The notes beneath the pieces are model-generated. The model saw nothing but the letters and a program-made list of their open reading frames with translations, had not been told where the DNA came from and ran no database searches. From the NCBI GenBank assembly GCA_027486255.1, contig JAIXPL010000029.1, positions 4,367-68,366 on the forward strand: DNA of 64,000 bases, read 5' to 3'. This document shows, piece after piece, positions 31,137 through 40,730 of this stretch. The translations under genes and the position numbers were made by a program. This DNA is from Comamonadaceae bacterium. Its GTDB lineage: Bacteria > Pseudomonadota > Gammaproteobacteria > Burkholderiales > Burkholderiaceae_C. Within the stretch, counting starts at the first letter, position 1. Each line of letters starts with the position of its first letter.

Positions 31137-31931
31137 ATGTTTGTCGACTCCCACTGCCACCTCACCTTTCCTGAACTGGCCGAGCAGCTGCCGCAGATCC
31201 GCCTGGCCATGCAGGAGGCGAGGGTGGACCGGGCGCTGTGCATCTGCACCACCCTGGAGGAGTTCCCGCAGGTGCATGCCCTGGCCCAGGCGCATGACAA
31301 CTTCTGGTGCAGCGTGGGCGTGCATCCGGACAACGAAGGCGTGACCGAGCCCACGCTGGACGACTTGCTCGAACGCGCGGCCTTGCCGCGGGTGGTGGCC
31401 ATTGGCGAGACCGGGCTGGACTATTACCGCCTCGGCGAGCGCAGCATCGCCGACATGGCTTGGCAGCGCGAGCGTTTTCGCATCCACATCCGGGCCAGCC
31501 GCCAGACGGGCAAGCCGCTGGTCATTCACACCCGCAGTGCTTCGGAGGACACCCTGGCCATCCTGCACGTGGAGGGGCAGGGCGGGGCGCTTCCCCCGGC
31601 CACGGGGGTGTTCCACTGCTTCACCGAAACCCTTGAGGTGGCCCGTGCCGCCTTGGACCTGGGCTTTTACATCTCGTTTTCAGGCATCCTGACCTTCAAA
31701 AATGCCGCCGACCTGCGCGAGGTGGCAGCCTTCGTGCCGCTGGACCGCTTGCTGATTGAGACCGACAGCCCCTACCTGGCTCCGGTGCCCTACCGCGGCA
31801 AGACCAACAACCCCTCTTATGTTCCTCTGGTGGCGCAGCAGGTGGCGAGCTTGCGCGGCCTGAGCGTGGAGGCGGTGGCCGAGGCCACCAGCCAGAACTT
31901 TGAACGACTGTTCACTGGCGTGACCTCTTAA
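31137..31931 (+). CDS. TatD family hydrolase
   Basis: DSHCH, GVHP, IGETGLDY, HTR, HCF, ETDSPY. Confidence 0.95.
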   Translation: MFVDSHCHLTFPELAEQLPQIRLAMQEARVDRALCICTTLEEFPQVHALAQAHDNFWCSVGVHPDNEGVTEPTLDDLLERAALPRVVAIGETGLDYYRLGERSIADMAWQRERFRIHIRASRQTGKPLVIHTRSASEDTLAILHVEGQGGALPPATGVFHCFTETLEVARAALDLGFYISFSGILTFKNAADLREVAAFVPLDRLLIETDSPYLAPVPYRGKTNNPSYVPLVAQQVASLRGLSVEAVAEATSQNFERLFTGVTS

Positions 31932-32020
31932 AGCACTTGAAGTGTGCACCCTATCCCCATGATTTTTAGATGAATTCTGCAGCACCTTATTCTGACTTGA
32001 ATTTCACCCTGGAAAAGCTC

Positions 32021-32842
32021 GTGCAATTTCTTAAGAAAATCTGGTTAGCCATTGTTTTTATTGGATTTTCCTCTGCTCAAGCAGGGGTTTATGAAGATTT
32101 TTTCTTGGCTCTGCGCAACGACAACGACCGCGTGGTCCGCCAGCTCCTGGCGCGAGGTTTTGACCCCAACACCCTGGACCCGCAGAAGCGCCCAGCCTTG
32201 GTTCTGGCCGTGACTGAAGGCTCCATCAAGGTGGCTCAGCTCTTGCTGGCCTCGCCGCAGACCGATCCCAATTTGCTCAATTCGGCGGGTGAAAGCGCGC
32301 TGATGATGGCCTCCATCAAGGGCCATGATGAGTTGGCGCGCCAGCTCATTGCCCGTGGTGCTGACGTGAACAAACCCGGCTGGACGCCACTGCATTACGC
32401 TGCCACGGGTGGGCATGTGCAGATTGTTCGCTTGCTGCTCGAGCACCATGCCTATGTGGACGCCGAATCGCCCAACGGCACCACGCCGCTCATGATGGCG
32501 GCCCAGTACGGCAGCACGGCAGCCCTGAAATTGCTTTTGGAAGAAGGCGCTCAGCCTGAGCAGACCAACGAGCGCGGCCTCAAGGCGCTGGACTTTGCCC
32601 TCCTGGGCAGCCGGCCCGATGCCATTGCCTTGCTCAGCGCGCTTGTAAAAAAGCCTGCGCCACCTGCGCCCGTTCCTGCGCCCGTTGCTTCGCCGCAAGT
32701 TCAGCCGGCTGCGCCGCCGCTTGTTCCCAGGCCAGCCCCCGAATCCAAGCCCGCAGTTCAGGCCGCACCCCAAGCAGCACCACCAGCTGCGCCTCCAGCA
32801 GCCCCCAAGCCTGAAGCGCCCAGACCGACAGGGACGTGGTGA
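32021..32842 (+). CDS. Exported ankyrin-repeat protein with a Pro/Ala-rich tail
   Basis: Signal peptide; GESALM.A, GWTPLHYAA and GTTPLMMAA repeats; alternative ATG at 31970. Confidence 0.88.
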   Translation: MQFLKKIWLAIVFIGFSSAQAGVYEDFFLALRNDNDRVVRQLLARGFDPNTLDPQKRPALVLAVTEGSIKVAQLLLASPQTDPNLLNSAGESALMMASIKGHDELARQLIARGADVNKPGWTPLHYAATGGHVQIVRLLLEHHAYVDAESPNGTTPLMMAAQYGSTAALKLLLEEGAQPEQTNERGLKALDFALLGSRPDAIALLSALVKKPAPPAPVPAPVASPQVQPAAPPLVPRPAPESKPAVQAAPQAAPPAAPPAAPKPEAPRPTGTW

Positions 32843-32876
32843 GCCATGCTCGGGCCGCTGGCTGGCCCTACATGCG

Positions 32877-32904
32877 GGATCCTACGATGTATATTATGTT
32901 AAAT
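32877..32904 (+). other. dif: dif site (XerC/XerD chromosome-dimer resolution site)
   Basis: GGATCCTACGA-TGTATA-TTATGTTAAAT; spacer and XerD arm identical to E. coli dif; intergenic. Confidence 0.88.
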
Positions 32905-32992
32905 ATCGTAAAGACATCGGCGGGGTCCTAGAGCCAGAGCACCGGGCTTGTGGTGGCAACAGCCTCTTGCCCTGCTTTGGGCGCCTTGTTCT

Positions 32993-33478
32993 TCAGCTGG
33001 CGACGCCGGTCTCCAGCAAATGAAGCAAGGTGTACTTTTCACGGTCAATTTCTCCACGGGTTCGCACGCCCAGGCGACGCAACACCGGCATCTGCGGACA
33101 CCAGCCCTGGATGGCATGTTGAGAAAGAAAAGCCAGCACCACGGCGGGCAAGGCCAACCATCGGCGCTCACCGCGCCATGCCAGGGCCATGCCGCTCAGA
33201 CCCAGAACAGCGGCATGGAGCGACAGAACCCGGTCGATGTCCCATTCCTGATCGAGTTCATGGATGCGATCGCGAATCTGAGGCTCGCTCATGGCGGCGA
33301 AACGGGTGATGCGGCGGTCAGTGGCCTGGTCAATCCTCCGGTTCACCGCGCGGGCGGTGAAGCGGCGCACCCGGTCGGGGTCTTGCTGCGGTGAGTGCAG
33401 GTGTGCAGAAGGCGTTTCCCGATACAACAGGGTCGCGGGCTGGTTGGTGAGGACGGGGTTCAGGGCTGTCGGATTCAT
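32993..33478 (-). CDS. DUF2892/YgaP-like membrane protein
   Basis: LDQEWDIDR, two TM segments, HAIQGWCP...RRLGVRT..EID.EKY. Confidence 0.7.
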   Translation of the reverse strand: MNPTALNPVLTNQPATLLYRETPSAHLHSPQQDPDRVRRFTARAVNRRIDQATDRRITRFAAMSEPQIRDRIHELDQEWDIDRVLSLHAAVLGLSGMALAWRGERRWLALPAVVLAFLSQHAIQGWCPQMPVLRRLGVRTRGEIDREKYTLLHLLETGVAS

Positions 33479-33592
33479 GCCGGGCTTATTGATTCATGGT
33501 GATTCATGGGGCGGTTTCCCCTATCTTCCTGTGCTGGCCCTGGTTCTCCTCGTCGGACAGGAAAGAGCCGCGTTGTCGGACAAGCCTGCAAG

Positions 33593-36286
33593 TCAGCCTT
33601 TGAGTGCCAAACGCAGCAAGACGATGCCGTCTTCGGTGGACGGCGAGATTGAAAATCCCATGTGGCGAGCCAGCGCTTCGAGCCGCACGTTTTCCGCCAG
33701 GCATTCGCCGACCACTTCGCCCGTGCCCCGAGAGCGCAGGTAGGCAATGAGCTTGCTCAGCAGCAAGCGGCCCAGTCCCCTGCCCTGCTGCGGTCCGGCC
33801 ACCTGAATGGCGAATTCAGCCCGCAGGTTGTCGGGGTCGCACAAACCGCGCACTTCACCCAGCATGGGGGCATCGGGACTTTCCGCTGGCAAGGCAATGA
33901 AGGTCATCTCCCGGTCGTAGTCGATCTGGCTGTACCGTGCCAGTTCCGAACGCGGCACCTCCCGGCGAGCCGCAAAAAAGCGAAGCCGCATGTCAGACGG
34001 GCTGGCAAGTGCATAGAACTGTGCAAGACGCTCCCCATCTTCAGGTCGGATGGGGCGCAGCAGGAGCGGGCCCGTGTTGGTGTCCATGCGCTCTTCCAGC
34101 TCGGCCGGATAGGGCCGTATGGCCAGGTGGGCTGTGGGCGCCTCAGGCGGGGCCAGACGGGCTCGGGCATCCAACGCCAGCACGCCGCGCTCATCCACCA
34201 GCAGCGGGTTAATGTCCAGTTCCACCACCTCGGGCAGGTCGGCCGCCAGTTGCGCCAGGCGAAGCAGGCTGCCATGCAAGGCCTCCTCGTCCACGGCAGC
34301 ACGCCCCCGGTAGCCGGCCAGCAGGCGGGCCAGGCCACTGCGCTGCACCAAGTCACGGGCCAGGTCTTCGTTCAAAGGAGGCAGGGCCACCGCATGGTGG
34401 CTGCGCAGCTCCACATTCACCCCGCCCTCCCCCAAAAGGAGCACCGGGCCAAACACCGGGTCGGTGTTCAGGCCCAGGATGAGCTCATGGGCACCTGGAC
34501 GCGCCACCATGGCCTGCACCGTGAAGCCCGCAAACTGTGCCTCGGGCCGCAGCGCCTTGAGCTGCTGCGTCATGCGCCTGGCCGCGCCCTGCAACTCCTC
34601 GGCGTTTTTCAGGTCCAGCGCGACCCCGCCCACATCGCTCTTGTGCACCACCTGGGGCGAAATGATTTTGAGCGCCACGGGAAAGCCCATGCGCTCGGCC
34701 GCCGCCAGTGCCTGAGTCAAGTCGGCGCAGCGTTCGGTGGGTACCGTGGGAATGCCGTAAGCGGCCAGCAGCGCCTGGGTGCCCGCGTCACCCAGCCAAG
34801 CCCTGCCCTCCTGCCTGGCCTGGGCCAGCAGGGCCTCAATGGCGCGGCGGTCGGGCGCAATGTCAGGGCGGTGGGCTGGCACCAGCTGGCGCAGGGCCTC
34901 CTGGTGGCTTTCGTAGTGCACCATTTGCATCCAGGCGTCGACTGCGCGCTCGGGCGTGAAGTAACTCGGCAGGCCCGCAGTGCGCGTGGCATCGCGAGCC
35001 TTTGCCACGGCCAAGCCGCCCAGCCAACTCAGCAGCACGGGCTTGCGCGCAGCCTGCATCAAGGGCAGGCAGGCAGCGGCAATTTGGCCCGCCGGCACGA
35101 TGGCCGTGGGCGCATGGATGAAGAGCACCCCGTCCACCTCAGGAGCGGCCAGCAGGATGCGCAGCGCCGCCTGGTAGCGCTCCACAGGGGCATCCCCAAT
35201 GATGTCCACCGGGTTACCCTGCGACCACGTGGCGGGCAAGCAGGCCTGCAAAGCAGCCAGCGTGGACGCCTCCAGCGTGGCCAGGCGCCCGCCGGCCAGC
35301 GAGAGGGCGTCGGCCGCCAACACCCCCGCGCCACCGCCGTTGGTGAGGATCACCAGATGCCCGCCCTCAGAGCCCACATGGTGGCGCCAACCGGCATGCA
35401 GGTGCGACAGGGTCTCGGCGGCATCGAACAGCGCCTCCAGGGTGTCCACCCTCAGCAGGCCGGCGCGCTGGATGGCCGCATCAAACACCACATCGGACCC
35501 CGCCAGCGCACCGGTGTGGGAGGCGGCGGCCTTGGCGCCTTCAGGGGCGCGACCGGCCTTGACCAAGATCACCGGCTTGTTGCGCGCCGCTGCCCGGGCC
35601 GCCGACATGAATTTGCGCGCCTGCCGGATCGATTCAACGTAGAGCAAGATGGCGCGTGTGCCGGGATCGGAGCCCAGGAAGTCCAGCATGTCGCCGAAGT
35701 CCACGTCGGCGCTGTCGCCCAGGGAGACGAAGTGTGAAAAGCCAATACCCCGCTCGTTGGCCCAGTCCAACATGGCCGTGGCGAGCGCACCCGACTGCGT
35801 GACAAAAGCCAGCGACCCCTTGAGCCCCTGGGCCGGGGCAAAGCTGGCATTGAGCGCCACGCCCGGCACCAGGGCCCCGATGCAGTTGGGCCCGAGGATG
35901 CGCAGCAGGTGCGGCCGGGCCGCATCCAGCATGGCTTGCTCCAGGCTGCGGTCCTGGCCGGGCGGTATCTGCTTGAGCCCAGCGGTGATCACGATGGCCG
36001 CATGCGTGCCGCGCTGGCCCAACTCGGCAATGAGGCCCGGCACGGTGTCCGCAGGCGTACACACCACGGCCAGGCTAGGGGCCGCGGGCAGGGCCGCCAC
36101 ATTCGGCCAGGAGCGCTCGCCCATCACGCTGGCGTGCCGGGGGTTGACCGCCCAGATCGGCCCGGCAAAACCAGCCTGCCGGAGGTTGCGCAGCACGATA
36201 CCGCCCAAGCTGCCAGGCCGGTCGGAGGCGCCGAAGACGGCAATGGACGAGGGTTGGAACAACTGGTCCAGGTGTCGGATGGTCAT
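33593..36286 (-). CDS. pat: Protein lysine acetyltransferase Pat/YfiQ (NDP-forming acyl-CoA synthetase-like + ATP-grasp + GNAT)
   Basis: GPNCIG, QSGA, SHTGAL, TNGGG, NPVD, HKSDVGGV; C-terminal GNAT QGRGLG. Confidence 0.9.
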   Translation of the reverse strand: MTIRHLDQLFQPSSIAVFGASDRPGSLGGIVLRNLRQAGFAGPIWAVNPRHASVMGERSWPNVAALPAAPSLAVVCTPADTVPGLIAELGQRGTHAAIVITAGLKQIPPGQDRSLEQAMLDAARPHLLRILGPNCIGALVPGVALNASFAPAQGLKGSLAFVTQSGALATAMLDWANERGIGFSHFVSLGDSADVDFGDMLDFLGSDPGTRAILLYVESIRQARKFMSAARAAARNKPVILVKAGRAPEGAKAAASHTGALAGSDVVFDAAIQRAGLLRVDTLEALFDAAETLSHLHAGWRHHVGSEGGHLVILTNGGGAGVLAADALSLAGGRLATLEASTLAALQACLPATWSQGNPVDIIGDAPVERYQAALRILLAAPEVDGVLFIHAPTAIVPAGQIAAACLPLMQAARKPVLLSWLGGLAVAKARDATRTAGLPSYFTPERAVDAWMQMVHYESHQEALRQLVPAHRPDIAPDRRAIEALLAQARQEGRAWLGDAGTQALLAAYGIPTVPTERCADLTQALAAAERMGFPVALKIISPQVVHKSDVGGVALDLKNAEELQGAARRMTQQLKALRPEAQFAGFTVQAMVARPGAHELILGLNTDPVFGPVLLLGEGGVNVELRSHHAVALPPLNEDLARDLVQRSGLARLLAGYRGRAAVDEEALHGSLLRLAQLAADLPEVVELDINPLLVDERGVLALDARARLAPPEAPTAHLAIRPYPAELEERMDTNTGPLLLRPIRPEDGERLAQFYALASPSDMRLRFFAARREVPRSELARYSQIDYDREMTFIALPAESPDAPMLGEVRGLCDPDNLRAEFAIQVAGPQQGRGLGRLLLSKLIAYLRSRGTGEVVGECLAENVRLEALARHMGFSISPSTEDGIVLLRLALKG

Positions 36287-36353
36287 GGATGAGCCAGGTC
36301 AGGCCCGCCGAATCAGCGGTGGGCCAGCTTAGGCCGGCCCTGAGCCTGCGGGC

Positions 36354-36367
36354 TTGCGCCAGGTCAA
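36354..36367. promoter_or_regulatory. FNR/FixK-like box between divergent pat and dksA-like genes
   Basis: TTGCG-CCAG-GTCAA, compared with consensus TTGAT-N4-ATCAA. Confidence 0.5.
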
Positions 36368-36426
36368 GGCGCGGGCGCTTCGGCCTGCCCAGAATGAGCC
36401 CTCTACCCCACCCTGGAAAGAGCGAC

Positions 36427-36789
36427 ATGGACACCTTTGAGACCCCGATGTCGGCGGATTTCGCCGAGCTGCTGCTGCGCCGTGATGCCGAACTGCGCCG
36501 AGCCCTGCAGGCGCTCAGCGCCGACGACGAACCAGCGCAGAACCAGGACGTGAGCGACTTCAAAGACCTGGCCCTGCGTGTGAACGAGGCGCAGGTGGAT
36601 GAGCAACAAGCCGAGCGGCTGGAGGCGAACCTGGCGCGAGTAGCGACGGCACGCCAGCGCTTGGGCGCAGGCCGATTCGGAAACTGTCTGGACTGTGGTG
36701 GCGAGATAGATCTGCGGCGCCTGCTGGCCTTGCCCGAGGCGGAATATTGCATGGCCTGCCAGCAGCGCCATGAAGGCCAGGGCCACTGA
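36427..36789 (+). CDS. TraR/DksA C4 zinc-finger protein
   Basis: DFKDLA (DxxDxA) coiled-coil tip; CLDC...RL.A.P....CMAC. Confidence 0.85.
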   Translation: MDTFETPMSADFAELLLRRDAELRRALQALSADDEPAQNQDVSDFKDLALRVNEAQVDEQQAERLEANLARVATARQRLGAGRFGNCLDCGGEIDLRRLLALPEAEYCMACQQRHEGQGH

Positions 36790-36951
36790 GTACCCCGCGT
36801 GAGTGCCCTGTATCTGCTGAGCAAGTAGCCGGTGGCAACAGGGGTAAGCAGCTGCATTGGATGAGTGAGCATGTGCGGTGCCCTGCCTTAGAGTGGCTTG
36901 AGCAGGTCCCAATCGGGCGGGCCTGCACTGGACCACCAAGGAGGAGAACAC

Positions 36952-37377
36952 ATGACCCAACTTCGCATCACCGACCCCGGCTTCGGGGACAGCATTGAAT
37001 CGGCCTTCAGGCGATTTCTCTCACCGCTCAGCGGCGAGATCGACACCTCACCCCTGCGCATGCGCCTGGACATCGCCGAGACGCCCGAGGCCTACGAGGT
37101 CAAGGCCGATCTGCCGGGCGTCGCCAAAGAAGACATCAACGTGCGCATTCACGGCAACGTGGTGCAGATCGATGCCGAGGTCAAACGGGAAAAAACGCAC
37201 AAGAGCAGCGACCGCGTGCTGCGCAGCGAACGCTACGAAGGCAGCGTCTCACGGAGTTTCTCGCTGGCGCAGGACATCAATGAGGCCAAGGTCGATGCCC
37301 GCTATGACAAGGGCGTGCTCGCCCTGCATCTGCCCAAGCTCAAGCAGGATGGCGCGCACAAGGTCACCATCCAATGA
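36952..37377 (+). CDS. Hsp20/alpha-crystallin small heat-shock protein
   Basis: ADLPGV.KEDI, SER..G..SRSF.L, A.Y..GVL.L.LPK; GGAGGAG RBS. Confidence 0.93.
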   Translation: MTQLRITDPGFGDSIESAFRRFLSPLSGEIDTSPLRMRLDIAETPEAYEVKADLPGVAKEDINVRIHGNVVQIDAEVKREKTHKSSDRVLRSERYEGSVSRSFSLAQDINEAKVDARYDKGVLALHLPKLKQDGAHKVTIQ

Positions 37378-37425
37378 ATGGCCAGGTCCATCTGCCCTGC
37401 TCATGGGCCGTCGATTGATCAGGGC

Positions 37426-37439
37426 TTGACCTGCGTCAA
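37426..37439. promoter_or_regulatory. FNR/FixK-like box upstream of the USP pair
   Basis: Perfect palindrome TTGAC-CTGC-GTCAA, about 60 bp before the ATG. Confidence 0.7.
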
Positions 37440-37498
37440 GTCTGCGGACCTTCGCCCGGTACACACTGAAACGAACAACCCCACGCGAGGAGGACGAT

Positions 37499-37999
37499 AT
37501 GTACAAAAGAATCCTGGTGCCGATCGACGGTAGCGACACCGCCACCCAGGCCTTGGTGGCTGGCTTGCAGATGGCCCGCGAGTCCGGTGGCTCGGTGCGC
37601 ATCATTCATGTGATCGAGGAGCTGGCCCAGGTGATTGCCTACGACCCCTACGGTGCTTATCCGGGGGACTTGGCCAAGGTCTTGCACGACAACGGCCAAA
37701 AAATACTGGGCGATGCCATGGCGGTGGCCAAAGCTGCGGGCGTTGTGGCCGATGAGCGCCTGGTGGAGGCCCATGGCCAGCGCCTCGCAGATGCCGTGCT
37801 CAAGGAAGCCGAGGCCTACAAGGCCGACTTGATGGTGTTGGGCACGCATGGCAGGCGAGGCATCAGCCGTGTGCTGCTGGGCAGCGGTGCCGAGCAGATC
37901 ATCCGCCTGACACCCATTCCGGTCTTGCTCATCCGCGCCCCCGAGACGGACCAGGCCCATGGCAGCTCACGCCATGAACCGCAGCTGGCCGGCGTCTGA
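37499..37999 (+). CDS. Universal stress protein
   Basis: YKRILVPIDGS, DL.VLGTHGRRG...LLGS.AE. Confidence 0.93.
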   Translation: MYKRILVPIDGSDTATQALVAGLQMARESGGSVRIIHVIEELAQVIAYDPYGAYPGDLAKVLHDNGQKILGDAMAVAKAAGVVADERLVEAHGQRLADAVLKEAEAYKADLMVLGTHGRRGISRVLLGSGAEQIIRLTPIPVLLIRAPETDQAHGSSRHEPQLAGV

Positions 38000-38027
38000 C
38001 GTCGGTCCTTATTCAGAAAGAACAAGA

Positions 38028-38450
38028 ATGAAAATCATCTTTCCCGCCGATGGCAGCGCATTCACCAAGAAGGCCCTGGCTTTTCTCATGACACACGAAA
38101 CCCTTTGTGGACCCGAGGACGAGCTGGTGGTGCTCAATGTGCAGCCGCCCGTGCCGCCGCGCGTCAAGCGCATGCTGGGTGCGGGTGTCGTGAACGATTA
38201 CCACCAGGATGAGTCCCGGCGCGTGCTCGAACCCATAGAACGCTTTCTCAAGCGCCATGCGGTGCATTACACCTGTCGCTCGGTGGTGGGCTCCCCGGCC
38301 GCGGAAATCATCAAGGCCATTGGGAAGGAGCGGGCCCACATGGTGGTGATGGGCACGCATGGCCATGGCCTTCTGGGCTCGGCGGTGATGGGCAGCGTGG
38401 CCCAGCGCGTGCTCAGCGACGCCCTGGTGCCCGTGCTGCTGGTCAAGTAG
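38028..38450 (+). CDS. Universal stress protein
   Basis: ADGS, VMGTHGHG...MGSVAQRV...PVLLVK. Confidence 0.92.
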   Translation: MKIIFPADGSAFTKKALAFLMTHETLCGPEDELVVLNVQPPVPPRVKRMLGAGVVNDYHQDESRRVLEPIERFLKRHAVHYTCRSVVGSPAAEIIKAIGKERAHMVVMGTHGHGLLGSAVMGSVAQRVLSDALVPVLLVK

Positions 38451-38464
38451 CTCGGCGCGGGCGC

Positions 38465-39430
38465 TCAGCCGCCGTCCATGTCCAGCGCCAGGGCTGCACC
38501 CCTGAGAGCCGGGGCATCGCCGGCCTGGATCACCCACACCGGGATGTCCTGCAGGTAGCTAGAAAAGCGGCCCTTGTCCTCGAAGTTCGCCCGAAAAGGT
38601 GAGCCCTCGAACCAGCCCAGCAGCCTGGGCACGATGCCGCCTCCCAGGTAGACGCCGCCACGGGCGCCCAGGGTCAGGGCCAGGTCCCCAGCGACGGAGC
38701 CCAGGAATCCGCTAAAGAGTGCCAGGCAAGCCAGGCAGGTGGGGTCGTGTTCTTGCATCGCTGCAGCCGTGATCTGTGCGGCGCTCAGGGGTGCGGGGGC
38801 CTCTTGAGTCTCCAGACTCAGGGCCCAGTGCAGATCGCTCAGGCCCTGGCCACTGAGCACCCGCTCGGCCGAGACATGGCCGTGGCGCTGGCGCAGTCGG
38901 TTCAGCAGGCGCCATTCGAGGTCGGTGCGCGCCGCCAGGCTCACATGCCCGCCCTCGCCCGCCAAAGCCACCCAGCGGCCCGCCTGCGGCAGCAGGCCGC
39001 TCACCCCCAGCCCTGTGCCAGGGCCGATCACCGCCAGCGGCCAGGCGCCGCTAGGCTCCGTGGCCGGGCCACCCACCTGCACCCGTTCATGCCTTGCCAG
39101 GGTGGGCAGGGACCAAGCCAGAGCACTGAAGTCGTTGATCACCTTCAGCCGCTCCACGCCCAGTTGGCGGCCGAGTTCGGCTATGGAGAACTGCCAGGCG
39201 CGGTTGGTCATGCGCACTTCGTCACCGGTCACGGGGTTGGCGATGGCGATGCACGCCGCCTTTGGCCGGGGCAGCTGCTGTGCAGTCAGGTAAGCGGCAA
39301 TGGCTTCGGCCAGGCCTGCATGCTCGTCGTCGTGCAGGGTCATGAGGCGCGTCGGGGCCTGGCCTGGCCGCTCTTGCCAGCCAAAGCGTGCATGGGTGCC
39401 GCCTACATCGCCGAGCAAGCGTGGAAACAT
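38465..39430 (-). CDS. glk: Glucokinase
   Basis: GDVGGTHAR, INDF, GPGTGLG, EGGH, SAERVLSG. Confidence 0.93.
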   Translation of the reverse strand: MFPRLLGDVGGTHARFGWQERPGQAPTRLMTLHDDEHAGLAEAIAAYLTAQQLPRPKAACIAIANPVTGDEVRMTNRAWQFSIAELGRQLGVERLKVINDFSALAWSLPTLARHERVQVGGPATEPSGAWPLAVIGPGTGLGVSGLLPQAGRWVALAGEGGHVSLAARTDLEWRLLNRLRQRHGHVSAERVLSGQGLSDLHWALSLETQEAPAPLSAAQITAAAMQEHDPTCLACLALFSGFLGSVAGDLALTLGARGGVYLGGGIVPRLLGWFEGSPFRANFEDKGRFSSYLQDIPVWVIQAGDAPALRGAALALDMDGG

Positions 39431-39447
39431 GAACCCATGATACGGGT

Positions 39448-39473
39448 GCTATTGGCTTGCGCTATTGGCTTGC
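39448..39473. repeat. 13-bp tandem duplication upstream of glk
   Basis: GCTATTGGCTTGC x2, followed by a partial third copy. Confidence 0.85.
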
Positions 39474-39587
39474 GCCATTAGGCCTCCAGGCTTGCGCAAG
39501 CGGCCTGGTCCGCCTGGCTGTAGGACAGCGCAGGAACTTGTGCCCCTGTGCTTGGCGAAGGGGCCCTTGCCTTGGACACTGCACACC

Positions 39588-40529
39588 ATGCAGCACGCTC
39601 CGGTCAGGCTTGGGGGCGGCGGCGCCCGGGGCCGAGGGCGCCGGGCAGGGGTGCTGCTTGTCCTGATTTTGGCCATGCTTTTGGCCACGCTTTTCGCGAT
39701 GCCTTTGGCGATGCCCTTGGCCCTCGCTCAGGCTCCCCTGGCCCAGGAATTGAGGCAGCGCCATGCGGACCTGTCGCAGGCTCTGGCGCGCAGCGCTTTC
39801 GGCCGGCCCCTGCTGCTGCAATCCCAGCATGGCCGGGACACGGATGAAGGCGTGGTCGAGGCGGTTCTGGACGCACCGCTGGACCGTGTGCAGGCCTTGG
39901 CCAGTCCGCAGCGCTGGTGCGATGTGCTGATGCTGCACCAGACCACCCATCGCTGCCGTGTGGCTCCCGATGGCCGGCAGCTCGATGTACAGCTGAGCAA
40001 CAAGTCGGGACTGGGCGGTCAGCTCTTGAGCCTGCGTTTGAATTATGAAGCCTCGGTCTTCAAGGGCGAGCTGCTGACGGTGCGGTTGGAGGCGGCGCAA
40101 GGGCCTTTGGGCTCGCGCGAGTACCGCATTCGCCTGGAAGCCACCGCCCTGCCCTCGGGCCAGAGCTTCATGCGCTTTCGTTACAGCTATGGTTTTGGCC
40201 TGCTGGCCCGCCTGGCCATGCAGGGCTACCTGAGCACGCGGGCGCAGGAGAAGATTGGTTTTAGCCTGGAGCCTGGTCCCGGGGGCAGCCTGCAGCCCGT
40301 GCGGGGCATGCGGGGCGTGATCGAGCGCAACACCCTGCGCTACTTCCTGGCGATCGAGGTGCTGCTTCACACCCTGGAGCTGCCGCCTGCACAAGTTGAG
40401 CGGCGCCTGCTGGCCTGGTTTGACGCCACGGAGCAATACGCCAAGCAGCTCCATGAGATTGACCGCGCAGAGTATCTGGCGCTCAAGCGCAGGCAACTGG
40501 GTCTGAACCCAAAAGGCTCAGTGCAATGA
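39588..40529 (+). CDS. Exported hypothetical protein
   Basis: Long signal peptide; FGRPL.LQS, WC.VL.LH, G.RGVIERN..RY.LAI; start uncertain. Confidence 0.7.
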   Translation: MQHAPVRLGGGGARGRGRRAGVLLVLILAMLLATLFAMPLAMPLALAQAPLAQELRQRHADLSQALARSAFGRPLLLQSQHGRDTDEGVVEAVLDAPLDRVQALASPQRWCDVLMLHQTTHRCRVAPDGRQLDVQLSNKSGLGGQLLSLRLNYEASVFKGELLTVRLEAAQGPLGSREYRIRLEATALPSGQSFMRFRYSYGFGLLARLAMQGYLSTRAQEKIGFSLEPGPGGSLQPVRGMRGVIERNTLRYFLAIEVLLHTLELPPAQVERRLLAWFDATEQYAKQLHEIDRAEYLALKRRQLGLNPKGSVQ

Positions 40530-40724
40530 TCGCCCCGCACGCCGGGCCGCTTGCGGCGGGCGACTCACGCCGGGCTCATAGATGGGCAGAGTAGGCTCGG
40601 GCAGCGGATCGCCGATGGGCGGCGGTACGCCCTCTGGGCTGGGCACGGCCGACGGCGGGGGCTCGGCCGGCGCTGGGGCGTTGACGGACGAACCCAGCGG
40701 TGGACAGCATGGCAAGGGGGTCAT
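40518..40724 (-). CDS. Small proline-rich hypothetical protein
   Basis: 68-aa ORF 6 bp downstream of the gene at 40731-41069; PPPIGDPLPEP. Confidence 0.35.
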   Translation of the reverse strand: MTPLPCCPPLGSSVNAPAPAEPPPSAVPSPEGVPPPIGDPLPEPTLPIYEPGVSRPPQAARRAGRSLH

Positions 40725-40730
40725 GATGGG

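Noticed and set aside
32650-32830. Pro/Ala-rich repeats in the ankyrin tail as a repeat array
   Set aside because: Low-complexity coding sequence with no constant repeat-spacer structure.
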